From Octopus bimaculoides (taxonomy: Eukaryota): a stretch of 64,000 nucleotides of DNA. The notes under the pieces are model-generated. The model saw only the letters and a program-made list of their open reading frames with translations, was not told the origin of the DNA and made no database searches. The translations under genes and the position numbers were made by a program. Location: NCBI RefSeq assembly GCF_001194135.2, contig NC_068992.1:44616268-44680267 (forward strand), in the 5' to 3' direction. This document shows, in pieces, positions 38,816 through 51,834 of this stretch; position 1 is the stretch's first letter, and each line of letters opens with the position of its first letter.

Positions 38816-39029
38816 CTCTAATTAAAAAAATATTTTCAGTTATAAATATTTAATATAAGTTTAAATGACAATGCAAAGATAAGAATGATTGCACACACAC
38901 ACACACACACACACACATCATTATATCAATAGACCTAATCATATTAGTATATATAATATATATATATATATATATAATTTAAAAATTCGTATCCTTAGTA
39001 ACCTGTATGTTAAAAGAAACAATGTTTTT

Positions 39030-39202
39030 CCTGTTCATTTCGTCTGTCTTTACGTCTTGAGTTGAAATTCCGCCGAGGTCGACTTTGCCTTTCATCATTT
39101 CGGTGTCGATAAATTAAGTACCAGTTGCGTACTGGGGTCGATATAATCGACTGACCCTCTCCCCTAAAATTTCGGACCTTGTGCCTAGAGTAGAAAAGAA
39201 TA
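39030..39202 (+). mobile_element. SINE family A, well conserved copy
   Basis: atttcgtctgtctttacgtcttgagttgaaattccgccgaggtcgactttgcctttcatc...ccttgtgcctagagtagaaaagaata. Confidence 0.92.
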
Positions 39203-41255
39203 TTTTTCTCGTTCTGTTAACCTCATCTCTTCCACTATTTTCCTTCTTGTTCATTCCTTGATGCTGCTCAGTTACCCATTTCATGTCTTTAGTTCTCTTT
39301 TTTGCTAGAAGTTTGTCTATATATTACCATAGTGATAAGATGTCACTGTATCATGCCTTACTTAATGACGATGATAATGATGATGAACAACAACATTAGC
39401 ACACACTTACTTGCTTCAATGACGATGCAAAGGGATTGCATAAACCGTGTGTTGTTTACATAAAATCGAGTATGTAAAAGAATAACCAATGAAATAATAA
39501 GTATACAAGTACAGAAACACATGTATGATATAGGAGGGCTTTACATCACAGAAAAGGTGAGAGATGACATTCCTGGTGGTACTAAATGTGTGACACAAAT
39601 GCTTAAACGCATTCGAGATGTGACCGTGGAATTTGGTCATAGAGCAAATATTGCTATGTTTTGCTGCGATCCAGCCTTTGTAAATGGGAGCAACACTGGA
39701 TGCTTTTAGGATAGTTTCTATGTATCGGAGGTGGTGATCTTGATATCATTCGACTTTTTAAATTTATCAAGCATTCAAGTTTCGTACTCTCCCTTCTTGT
39801 GATGGGGAAGTTGACGTGTGTGAATCTGTTGGGGGAGCTTTCTCATTTGTGTTTCCCCGATCAAACCACTAGATGTCCCTTCCTCTCGCTGTCAGTCCTG
39901 CTGTCACTTTTCCTCCTGGCTTTCGGTGTCTCCCATCATTTCTCCACGCTATTTGAGGTCTGCAAATGACGAAATAATTCAACACCCACTTTTATTGGGC
40001 ACAGACATAAAACCAATATTTTTATTCAGGATACAATCAGTTTTATTTGAAGGAAACACTCATAAATTTGAAATGCTTTCTCATTTACTTTATATAATTA
40101 TGCAAAGAAAAGGAGTTTCGTGAAGATATGCCAGTGAGATGCACTTTAAATGCGGAAGTGATATAGTGACTATGAAGTAAAATATCAGTATTGTTAATAA
40201 AGTTTAGTCTAAATCAAAAGAATACGGACGATAGGAAAAGGGTAAATAACATGGAAGTCGATACATAAGTCAATATAAAAGATGTTGAAGGAAATAAAGC
40301 AAAAGTTATTCGGAAGCTCAGTATATTACGAAAGGTTATCCAGATGGAAACGGGGGGAAAAAACAGAGAAAATCCACACCAAAATAAAAGTGTTCTATTT
40401 TCTGTTTCCGACAGTTAAGTATTTGATCAACCGAACAAATTTAAGATAGCAGAAATACATGAAGAATTTTAGAATGAAAAGCTTCGATTCCATCACCTTT
40501 TCAAATAATATGAATTCATTCTGTTTATAGAAGTGCGCTTGAAAAAAAAATTCCGTTAATAATATATCCGCTATTGAGTAGAAACATTTTCTCTCTTTTT
40601 TTTTTTTTATTATTCGCATTCATTTAATGGAGAAATCAACAACCTGTGTTATGTTGTAAATTAGATCAAACGGATTTAAATTTTCAAATTAATTCACATA
40701 TACTATGTAGTGCTTTTACACATAAAATGTTTTATAGTGAAACAACCAAAAATGAAATAAATGAATGTTGCAAAGATCAAACACGATAAAAAAATAAATG
40801 ATAAACATATTTTTAATATCTTTAATAGAGAATGTATTCAGTGTTAGTAGTATTAAATACTACTTAATTTAGTTGTAGTTTCACAAAATAACAACTATGA
40901 AAAGATGACTTTTAAATCTCATCATAAATGATTGAATTTGATTTTATGGCTTTTTTTATTATGAAAATTGCACGATCTAATTACCTGACGGGCAACAGCA
41001 ACGATTTTCTATTTCGGTGTGAGGGCACATATATATCGATTTGTTAGGGCTTGTTGACATTCTAGTAAAGAAATACAGCTTCTACATGATCACCTGTCTT
41101 ATTAGAAGCTATATCACACACATATAAAAACATAAATGGCTACGACATAACACACTACAGCAGCAACAAGTACAACTTTTATTTCCTTACAAGGAAAAAT
41201 AGCTTTGCTAAATTTAGAAAATAAATGCAAACTTAGGTATACAAAAATAATTATG

Positions 41256-41259
41256 TCTG

Positions 41260-41321
<62 letters not shown>

Positions 41322-41600
41322 CGTACACACATACACNNNNNNNNNNACATACACTCTCTCTCCCTCTCTCCCCCTCTCTCTCTCCCTCTCTCCCCCTCTC
41401 TCTCTCTCCCCCTCTCTCTCTCGCACACATACACATGCCTACACCTAAACCTGTGTTTGTATTTATATATGTATAAACGTATGTACCTATGCATGCAAAA
41501 TTGCATATATTTGAGAGTGTGTGTGTATGTGTGTGAATGTATGTGTATGTGTGTGAATGTATGTGTATGTGTGTGTTCGTGTATGTGTGTGTTTGAATAA
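41256..41600 (+). repeat. Compound (TCTA)n/(CT)n/(TG)n block with gap 41337-41346
   Basis: Directly visible. Confidence 0.95.
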
Positions 41601-42964
41601 GGATAGGTATGATTCATTAAAAGACAGTAGATGTCTATAAACATACAACTGTCTTTCTTTTATAGACACATATATAATGAGAAAGAGAGGGGAGGGAGGG
41701 GAGATGGAGACGGATAGGATAAGGTAGAAGTAGAAAAAGAGAGAAAGAGCGGGAAAGAGAGATCATTAAATATGGCCAGGTTTAACCATTAAGTAAGTGT
41801 AAGCTTCAAGTTATATACTCTTGTGTTTCAGAAAAAAATCAATAACACTTATTTACATTTCGGATTGATAATCGATAGATTTAGTGATACAACACTTACA
41901 CATGCACTTCCCGACATACACTCACATATAGATATATGCACATAAATATGCATGCAAACACCTGTACATATGTGTTTGTGTGTGAAGAATGACCTGTAGA
42001 AAGGAAAGAATTTGCAATATAAAGTAGTGAGAATAAAGTTGAATTAGACGTGGGTGATGTGTTGACAATGAACGGAGTAATCAGAAAGAAATCGCAATTC
42101 GAAGAAATCGCAATTCGAAGAAATCGCAATAAATTAACTCATGATTTTACAAAAAGAGCAAATAGTAAAGCTAGAAGTAAAATGGCGCCACTGATTACGA
42201 TGAATGTCAGAATAAAGATCAGCATTGACTATTGCGACATGTAAATGAAGGATAAATGGCGAGAGAACATAGAAAAATATAAAAAAGATTTGACAGTCGT
42301 TTGGTAAAATGTTACTATTACGAGAGCTTTCAAAAAACAATACAGTTTTGAAGAGATATTCTGAAACTCCTGATGGAATAGTTTGATCGATAATGAAAGT
42401 AAAAGAAGTATGACAATATTGCGACAATTTGTGGGAAGCAGAAAAAAAGAATTAGATTTATTCATCAATAAACTGTGCGAAATGGCACAATTCTAGTTTT
42501 GGGTATTTACATTGTTTTCTCGATAGACTTAAAGATGATTGGTATGATAAGATGTCCGGATAGAAACACATACGTATCATGTAATCCCATAGGGAATCTT
42601 GGAATGTATTAATGGTCATTTTATTTCTGTCTCAGCCCACCTAGTTATAATTAGATATCAAGAAAAGCATCAGCTCATATCTGTGTGGATGAGACACAGT
42701 GAATAATAATTGAATGTTTTATTAACGTTCAGTGTTGAGTTGAAGGTTTTCAAAGTAAAGGTATTTATCTAGACAGAAGCTATCATATGATCCTATATTA
42801 CTTGTTTTATTCCCAGAATACTAAAGTGAATTTGATATCTCTTCTGTTTCCTACAAACGACTAGAACTTTCTCAGCCTGAATTGTTGGTATGAAATCATC
42901 TTATTGTGCAGATTTATATTTATTGTATCTAAAGATTGTTGACACTGACGATGTAGTTAATGAG

Positions 42965-43165
42965 TTAATGTAACAGGAACACCGTCGGGTGCAACGACAA
43001 GGGTTCCAGTTGATCCGATCAACGGAAGAGCTTGCCAGTGAAATTAACGTGCAAGTGACTGAGCACTCCACAGACAAGTATCCCTTAATTTAGTTCTTAG
43101 GGAGATTCAGCGTGAAAACAAAACATGACAAGGCTGGTCCTTTGAAATACAGGTACTACACATTC
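42965..43165 (+). mobile_element. Interspersed repeat D (SINE-like, octopus-type)
   Basis: gggttccagttgatccgatcaacgg...gaaattaacgtgcaagtgactgagcactccacagac...gattcagcgtg...gacaaggctgg. A second, inverted partial copy is at 23960-24030. Confidence 0.8.
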
Positions 43166-43995
43166 TTGAAAGTTGTGTGAACTGGAGCAACTTGACAGTT
43201 ATATATTTAATATTTGCAAAGTGTATAGAATTAATATCAATGCTAAAATGGATCTGCTTCAATTGAGATAGTTTAAGCATTGGAGCCTTTGATAAATAAC
43301 AGTAAACCTATTCCAAAAATAGTCATTTGCACAAAACAGTCTATTTACAGGGCATATAGTTCTCAACGGGACTGAAACAAATTAACAAGTCATTCTTTTA
43401 GTGACTCTCTTAAGGATAAAAAGTGGAGTCGTGCTTGGTGTAATTTGAATGCGGAACATAAAGATATAAATCTAAAACAGCAACAAGATATTTAAACCGT
43501 CACAAGCATTTATATCAAAACACCATCTTAAAATCGATTAAGATTATAAAGGTTTACATCGGAAACTACATCACACTGAAGAGAAGTATTTGCTAAAGGA
43601 ACATTTGAACATTTTAGAAAATATACAAGTTAACTAAGATGTATACTCCCTAGAAGGACAATGTGGTAAAAGAGCAGAGCAGTATCATCCACAGGAAATA
43701 GACTACGTGATAATTACATTGATCTGTACAAGTAAAGAAATTAAAAAAAACATATGAAAGCATGGGTCACACTCTATGCCACACGCTCCCTACCTATTTA
43801 GTCATTCGTTCATAATTTTACCAGCATCTCCCTTCACAGTTATTTATCTTCTCTTTCCTCTCAAAATTTATAATGCTACACATTTATTTGTCTGTCTGTC
43901 TAACCTAGCTAAAAATATAATTATCTTTGAAGCAATGAATCGATTTTCTTACCAACTTACCGAATTTAACCTCTTCACACGTTCCCAACGCATCA

Positions 43996-43997
<2 letters not shown>

Positions 43998-44078
<81 letters not shown>
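43998..44078 (+). repeat. (CT)n(AT)n compound microsatellite
   Basis: Directly visible. Confidence 0.98.
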
Positions 44079-44082
<4 letters not shown>

Positions 44083-44394
44083 CATATAATCACGTGAAAA
44101 TATATTACTTTTACTCTTCCACCCACGGAAAATAGTGACTGAGCTCTTTCCATCGCTTGGAAAACTACAGAAGTTTCATCTTTTCTGAAAGAAGTAATGG
44201 AAACAAACTTTTCGCTGAATATTCATTTCTTTTTCTCAATTAAAATGCGTTTGTGATGGTGACCAGTTAATCACACTTGCACTGGGCATTATGCAGGCAA
44301 AGTTGATAAAGGTGTGATTTGAACTCTTAAGTGAGACATGAAATTCAATTTAGTAAAACATCAAACTTAGTACATCAAACTTACCTTTCGATAA

Positions 44395-44452
44395 GCCTCT
44401 AAGCATTTAACCCGGAGTGCTGACGATTCTGCCAGCTCACCGCCTTATATTT
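44395..44452 (-). mobile_element. SINE family A, 5' tRNA-like head only
   Basis: Reverse complement ggcggtgagctggcagaatcgtcagcactccgggttaaatgcttag. Confidence 0.8.
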
Positions 44453-44769
44453 CTTGTAAATATTAACTTGTAATAGTAGCTGTTGTATATCAAAACTTCC
44501 GCAACATACTCTTCTCTTTCCACTTCCACAACATTTTTCACCAAGTCAAAATCACTAAATCAACATATAGCAACTCAGATTCATCTACTACAAACTAAAT
44601 GCGCATGCACACACATATATAAACGTATTCTTTTATACACACACGTAAAAGTAAAAATGAATCTCCTTCGGTTTCGACTGTTAGTATCTGAGCTACCATG
44701 CCTTTGTTTTGCTGGGCTAAAATTTCATTTCTGAACCTATGGAAAACGAACCTACAGCAACTATTCTGC

Positions 44770-45290
44770 CATATATCTGTGCACAACTTTGAATGCAGTG
44801 TATGCCAGAAGGTTTGCAAATCTAAAGGAGGCCTCAAAAGATATTTTAAGATCCACAAAGATCAGAACTTAACTGCAGCTCTTCAACGCGGGTTGATGAA
44901 CCGTAAGACGTGTGGCCAGAACCTCCTGGAAAATAACCATAGCGAGGGACATTCCACAGTTGAATTAGAACAGTCACAAACAGTGAAAGAAGACATGCAC
45001 ACAACACCAGAGCTGAAGACACCTCCGAAAGGGGGTGGCCCCGCCACGTCAAAACGGTAGAGGAGTAGGGGCCGAAACCGGACGTGGTTCCTCCTGATGA
45101 TGTCTTGAGCTAACTGGATCCTATAAAGGAGCTGTTGTGGTAGCAGACCACGAAACATGGTTGAAATTCCTGGTCCAAATCGCTTATGCAATCTATGTAG
45201 GTGTCTTTTCAGAACATTGTCTGGTTTAAAAAGCCACATCAGATGCAATGATGGTTCAAATTCTGCACAAGGAGTAGACAACCATCATAT
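44770..45290 (+). mobile_element. Decayed 3' end of an RTE-like LINE with two C2H2-like zinc-finger motifs, ending in a microsatellite tail
   Basis: CSVCQKVCKSKGGLKRYFKIH and CNLCRCLFRTLSGLKSHIRC are in the same frame, separated by three stops. Other frames give WPEPPGK and ADHETW, which resemble RTE C-terminal motifs. A (TA/TG)n tract follows immediately. Confidence 0.6.
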
Positions 45291-45560
45291 ACATATATGT
45301 GTGTGTGTGTGTGTGGTTGTGTGTGTGTGTGTGTGTGTATGTGTGTGTGTGTGTGTGTGTGTGCGTACGTGTATATGTATGTGCGCGCGCGCGTGCATGT
45401 GTGTGTGTGCACATGTATATGTATATAACTACATATACAAACATGTATATTGGTAGATACGTATGCGTACACACAGATATGTATATATATAAATCTGTGT
45501 GTATAGGTATATATATTTATGCGTGTGCCTCTGCATGTGTAGACGTTTCTTTACGTATGC
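45290..45560 (+). repeat. (TG)n/(TA)n/(GC)n compound microsatellite
   Basis: Directly visible. Confidence 0.96.
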
Positions 45561-46690
45561 ACATTTTCGCGGACTTAGGCGCATACAGTCACAGCATGTA
45601 CGCGCCTGTGTAATGTTTATATACTTCATACATTAGCTACGTGATAGATATATGTATACATAGTTAAAGATGCACTTAACACTGAATCTGACGTGACGTT
45701 TATAACTGTTAAGTAAACAGGTGTTGGAATATTCGATAACTCGAGAACATAATGATCTTTGCCTTATATCTGCATACTATGAAACAATGAAACAATACAT
45801 ATATATATTCCAGCTTTCAATACTCTCAAGCCTAGATATTAATGTACACACGTTCTTTTTTCTCTATTTGATCTTTGCCTGGCAAAATATACGTATTGAT
45901 TACTAGAACTGTATAGTCTGCGGTGAAGAAAAATGGAATACAATATTATTAAATTGCCATTCAGTGCATTGTGGAAGCGAAATCTCAGTATTATACATGC
46001 TTAAAGATGGAAGCTCACTGGATCTATTCATCGATAGAAGTCTCCCTTTCACTTCTCCACTCCTTTCTCATCTCAGTCATACTGTCAATCTCACCCTTTC
46101 CCTCTCAGTCGGTGTAGTAGTGTGCTATTTCCTATTGTAGTATATGTCGATTTAACCTTTTGAATGCCTGAATAATTATAACACTGAATCTGAGAATATT
46201 TTTGTATCTATTATAGCTATTTTTTTTATATATCAAAACTACAACTGCTTTGGTCTACTTTGGTAAACTATTGAGAATGCGTGCCGTAGTCATTCTCTGA
46301 TAAACCTACATATCGTGATGGTATTAAAAGGTTAAAAATAAATATTACATATTCAGCGAGGATGCATTTCAGAGTAATGGGAAAAACAGACAATAGTGAA
46401 TCTTTGGTAAAGGGGAAGTCGATGGAGAGGGAAAACTTTGTAAGGACCAGAAACTATTTCTGAAATAGTATTTTAAGGTATGACTATGACGAACAATTGA
46501 ATAAAAGCGGATTTTGAACATATCAATAACCGAGATAAAGATGGGGAACAACAAAGTATTTTTTTTATTGTTGTGTGAATAATTTCGAAAACGGAAAATG
46601 TGTTAAGAAGACTGAAGTAGAAGATACTTTTCTTCCATAAAGTTATGCCGAATATAGTTAAAGTTCCTTTTTCAAACCAACAGAAACCTT

Positions 46691-46806
46691 CTGTAGCTTA
46701 TGCAGAAATTCACGGTGAACTAAATGAAGCTACGAGTATGATTACAAATGTTTACGTTTTTAGTAAGCGCCATTTAGTTCACCGTGAATTTCTGCATAAG
46801 TTACAG
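46691..46806. repeat. Near-perfect inverted repeat: 36-bp arms (35/36 complementary) with a 44-nt spacer
   Basis: Left arm ctgtagcttatgcagaaattcacggtgaactaaatg (46691-46726); right arm catttagttcaccgtgaatttctgcataagttacag (46771-46806). Confidence 0.97.
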
Positions 46807-48228
46807 TGTGGTAAAGATAGTATCCTCAGCTGGTACTATTTACGGTGAACGTACACCAAATGGATAAAATTAGAAGCATGTTAGTATATTTAGTCATTTC
46901 CGCCTTTAAGTTACAATAAATACGAACATGTAAATTGTTATAGCAAAATACAAGTATAACTTCAAAATGCGACGGGCAAATACTAACCACTTCATAAACA
47001 CAATAGATAATGACACTAAGAATTCACACGCAACAATTCAGAATCTTGTTAGCAATTAGTAAATGAAAGTCTCAACTATATATCACTATACACCAGCATA
47101 TAAGACTTCCATTTTTAATTTGCATTAAAATCAAACTTCTGGTGAGTGGCGAATGGGACTATAGTTCAAAAGCGTTTGTAAAAATTTTATTTCCCTCGTG
47201 CCACTGACGTCTTTAAAAATAAAGTAACCAACACAATTTTATCTTTCGTTTCTTTATATTCAAACTGTTATGCTTTCGTAAGAAAAATGACTTCTTGATA
47301 CTGTTATAAAATGTTTACTTTCCACTGATATCTTTGCAGTAATGTAGATCAGCACACGTTATGAAATACTCAATATTGCTTCCATATTTAACTGCAGATC
47401 CATAAAATAGTCCGTAATCTTAGTTACTTCAAAGTTTCCTTTAGAAAATGAAAGCTTAGAGATAATTCTTCAAAGCTGTGGCAGTAAAGGGAAAATGTTA
47501 ATTGTAGAATATTTATTCATAGACAAACTTTACAATAGTATGTGTAATGTCAGAATGATTATTCTAAGAAATTCCATACTATAAATTTATAACTATATCT
47601 ATTTACTGAAAATACTAGACTCGTCAAAAGTAGATTCCTTAAAAGTTTCTTAGAGAAAAGTGACAATTTAGTTATATAATTCATTTACCTAGTTAAGGAT
47701 TGCATTTTTTTTTTAAATTTAAAAGTTTTCTAATAACATATCGAAGACCTAGGCTTGGTTTTCAAGTTTAATACATTACAAACCAACCTCTGCTCAAAAC
47801 TGGTATTTACAAAATTTATAGCAGTTTTCCTACAATATATTCAATAATATGGAGAATTCAGCGAACATGTTTTCCGTGGTACAACAAATATATTATGGAA
47901 TGGATGTAGAGAGAGTAATTACACTTTAGATCAGATTCCAGTATTTGATAGGAAGTTAGCAAACACTTTGCTGATTCATTCCGGAATAATGAAATAATTA
48001 GTTTTAATTAATTTCTTAAAACGTGGAACATCAACAGAAGATAATGTAAACATATCAGAATGCTATACAAACAATTGCTAGATCGTCTAATTTAAAAAGA
48101 ACGTGCATATCTAGGGTGGTAGAGAAGTGTTTATTTTTACATCTTCAAGGTGATGTTTCCGTCAGCTAACAACACCAGGGACGAATTTAAATCAGAGTTT
48201 TACCCGATCAAACATTTGTGACATTTCG

Positions 48229-48229
48229 C

Positions 48230-48270
<41 letters not shown>
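48229..48270 (+). repeat. (GTA)n microsatellite
   Basis: Directly visible. Confidence 0.98.
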
Positions 48271-48271
<1 letters not shown>

Positions 48272-48324
48272 AAAATGATAATTCTTTCTGATACAGGCAC
48301 AAAATATGCCCGAAGTTTTGGAGA

Positions 48325-48532
48325 CGAGGCTCAATCGACTCAGTCGCCGGACGAAATGCTTAGCGGTATTTTGTTTATCTTTACATTCTGAGTTCAAATT
48401 CCGCCGAGGACGACTTATCTTTTCATCCTTTCGGGAGTCGATAAATTAAGTACCAGTTACTTACTGGGGTCAATCTAGTCGACTGCCCCCTCCCTCAAAT
48501 TTTGGGTCTTGTGCCTAGAGTAGGAAAGAATA
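48325..48532 (+). mobile_element. SINE family A, near full-length copy
   Basis: gccggacgaaatgcttagcggtatt...ttctgagttcaaattccgccgagg...ttgtgcctagagtaggaaagaata. Confidence 0.92.
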
Positions 48533-49009
48533 TTTTTGGTGTGTCTGTAATCTTGAAATTTTTAATATTGTTTTGGTGTTGAACTTTCTAATGAGAGATG
48601 CATTAAATATATTATGATTACTCCTTTTGGTTCGGTTTATATTGTAATGTTTTTGAATTGTTGAACCTATCTGATTTTTCACTATTTCAAACAATAGAAA
48701 TTCTATGAAAGTTCATTCCACACAAAGCACAAGAAAGTTTACCAGAGACTATTAATTTCTATCGGTCCGTTTCTGTCCGACTGTCTCATTCACACAGTGA
48801 GAGGATTACAAATGCATGATGTAAGGTGTCACAAACTTTTTTTATTTTTAAATACATTCCATTTTAAGTATAATTACTGCTTATTGATCTCGAACATCTG
48901 CAAAGACGACTATGATGTAGTTAACTGAAAATATGTGAAAGATTCTTTTAAAGAAAAATCCTAATAACGATATATTATTAGAATATATCATACTGGTTTC
49001 AAAGTTTGG

Positions 49010-49195
49010 TACGAGGCCAGTAATTTAGGATGTGGGAGTAAGTTAATCACATCAAATCCAGTGCTTGACTGGTATTTATGGTTATCGACCCCCAAATGAT
49101 GACTGGCACGACCATAGCAGAATTTAAACTTAGGACGTAAAGCCTCTAAACATAGGCCAAGCGACCGTGCGACTCTTCCAGTTCGCCATCTTATA
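49010..49195 (-). mobile_element. SINE family A-related copy, inverted relative to 48325-48532
   Basis: Reverse complement ctttacgtcctaagtttaaattctgc...catcatttgggggtcgataaccataaataccagtcaagcactgg. Confidence 0.75.
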
Positions 49196-51834
49196 GTAAA
49201 AAGTAATATCAAAAATACATGATAATTCAACAGTGGTAGTTAAGCGGTGTATATGTAAAATTATTTTCTGCATATTTTTGGTTTGGTTTGCCATCAATGT
49301 GATACAGAACTACTGTTTAAGAGATAAATAATAGTAGGATCTATATTTAGCTATGATAAAGTAAATTTAGAGCGTTATATTTTTTGTGAAAGCCAACCCA
49401 TTTGAAAAGATCTTATACACAGACGTTCATCTATGTAACGCAGCTACATCATGACAAAAGGCTTAATATAGCAAATCCTGCAAAGGAGATATTAGCTGTA
49501 GTAAAGTGTCTTTAATTGCTAAGAAAACATAATCGATATATTTTAATCCACATGGTGAAAATTGTGTTTTTAATTCGTGCCTTAAATCGGAAATGCGAAA
49601 TGTAATTCAATTTAAAAGAAATACACTCACACACACACACATACGTATGTATGTGCGAGTGAGTGTGTGTGTGTGTGTGTGTGTTTGTGTGTGTGAGTGG
49701 TCGCAGATGTGTGTCTGTGTCGAAAAAAATACAAAAGGTTTTAAGCATAAAGTGGAAAAGCAAGCTCAAATTAATCTGCAGGAGTAAATAGTTTTGTGAA
49801 TTACAAAGCTGTGTGAAAATAAGAGAAGAAACAAAAACGAAAAATGGTAAGTAATTGTGCATTGGTTTAAAAACTATGTATGAGTAGCTCAGAGTATGCA
49901 TTCATTTATGGCTGTGTGTATTTGCTTCAGAAGTGCAAAAAATATAACATATCGATATTATAGTTTCCCTTTGAGAATGTAAATAGCATTGCCCTATATT
50001 GATAAAATAAATCCCTATTTACCGTAAGAAAGTAAATTTGAATTTCGAAGTTCGAAGAAGTCTACAGAGGGAGGGAAACACATTTTGAAACAATGAGTAA
50101 TAAAATGAAAAACAGGTACTGAAGGAATTTCAATAGACTAAACAGGAAAACAATGAACTAGTCAAATATAATTGGAAATGATGCTCAAAGTTCACAGGAT
50201 TTATAAACATTTTGAAGATTTTGTTCGGGGTTGGGTCGTGCCGTCATCGAAACACATGTAATATGTTTGAAACATGTTGATTGGGGAATCAGTCGCACAG
50301 ATGTAAAGAGTGCTCGGATCAATAAATTGTAATAATATTTTTTCTTGCGATCAGAATCAATATTTTGAAGGAAACACAGAAAAAACAACTTCCTTAGAGA
50401 ACAAATCAGCAATATTTGGAGATAATGGAATGTATGCTTATGACTTATAACTAGTTTTCAGCTAGAGTTTGAAGGAATGCAAATAAATATATTTTCCAGA
50501 CGATTAGAATTTACAGGAATTTACATTCATATCGAAAACTGTGTTTTCTTTGAGGAGAAAAAAATATCTGCTCATCTTTGGAGTAAATGTTCAAAGATAG
50601 ACGTAGTAAAACTGACATCAATTTTAATTTCATATCTATCTGCTTAATATAATATTTTGAAAGCTTCACTCGGAATTATTCTTCCCAGCTTTGAATGTTA
50701 TATCATTATTATCTCTCTTGGGTCATGGATATTTATTAATGCTATCTTTTTCCTTACTTTAAATCCTATTCAGAATTCTCTTGCTAATTGTATTACTTAT
50801 CTCATAAACCGTAAAGGCTATAAAAGGATACATCAGAACGAAAGATACATCAACTCTCTTCAAAATATTGGGATTATATAGCAATCGCAAAACTAATTGA
50901 TACTTTAAAATGAAACGCCTGATATTTCCAAAATTTTATCGCCATTATTTTTGCGGCTTTGGTTAAGCTTTCTTAATAAACACATGAGGTGCATGATATC
51001 TAAGAAAAAGCGGAAAACTTGATAAAAGAATGGAAATCAGAAATATATATCCAGACTTAGCTTCACCAACAAAGTTTGGTGAAATCCAAAAGTTAGAAAG
51101 AAACTTATGAAAATGGTACTGATACTTCCAAAAGAATGTTGACAAGAATTTCTCAGTCGTAAATTTTGAGATTGTAATATTATTTATGAGTGTGGCAAAT
51201 TGATATCAGAAAATTCATATTTTACTCCAATAGGTTTTCATGAATTATTTTATAAATGGGTTTTCTCTTCACTGTCATGTTCGTCTGAATTTACTATGAT
51301 GTAGCAGGCTGATTGCTTTAAAGTGGAATTGATATTGATAAAATCATCTTGACATTTATTTTGATTTCAATATCACTAAAGATTCAAAGATTACATTATG
51401 ACACCAAAATTAATTATATCCTCTTCTCGCAGATGAATGAAAGACCTTCAAAGAAATTATAGGTTAGCATTCGCATTACCCAAAGAACTTGCATCAAAAT
51501 CACAAGAAACTGATTTTATTGTCTGCAAAATGTAGACACATACACATTATGTACGTATATACATTCTGGAACATAGACATATGTTCCTTAAATATACATT
51601 CATATATCCACTGATAAACGAACGACTACATACACTAACTCTCTCACTTTTCCTCTCTCTGAATATACATACACATACACATACATTCACACACACACGC
51701 ACACACACACATATAATTATATAATGGACTGATCCGTGTAATAAGGTTCATCGAAAAGAGTACTCCATCTGGCGATGGTAAATGATATATATATATATGT
51801 ATGTTCATACCCGCCTACTTATGAGGATAAAATG

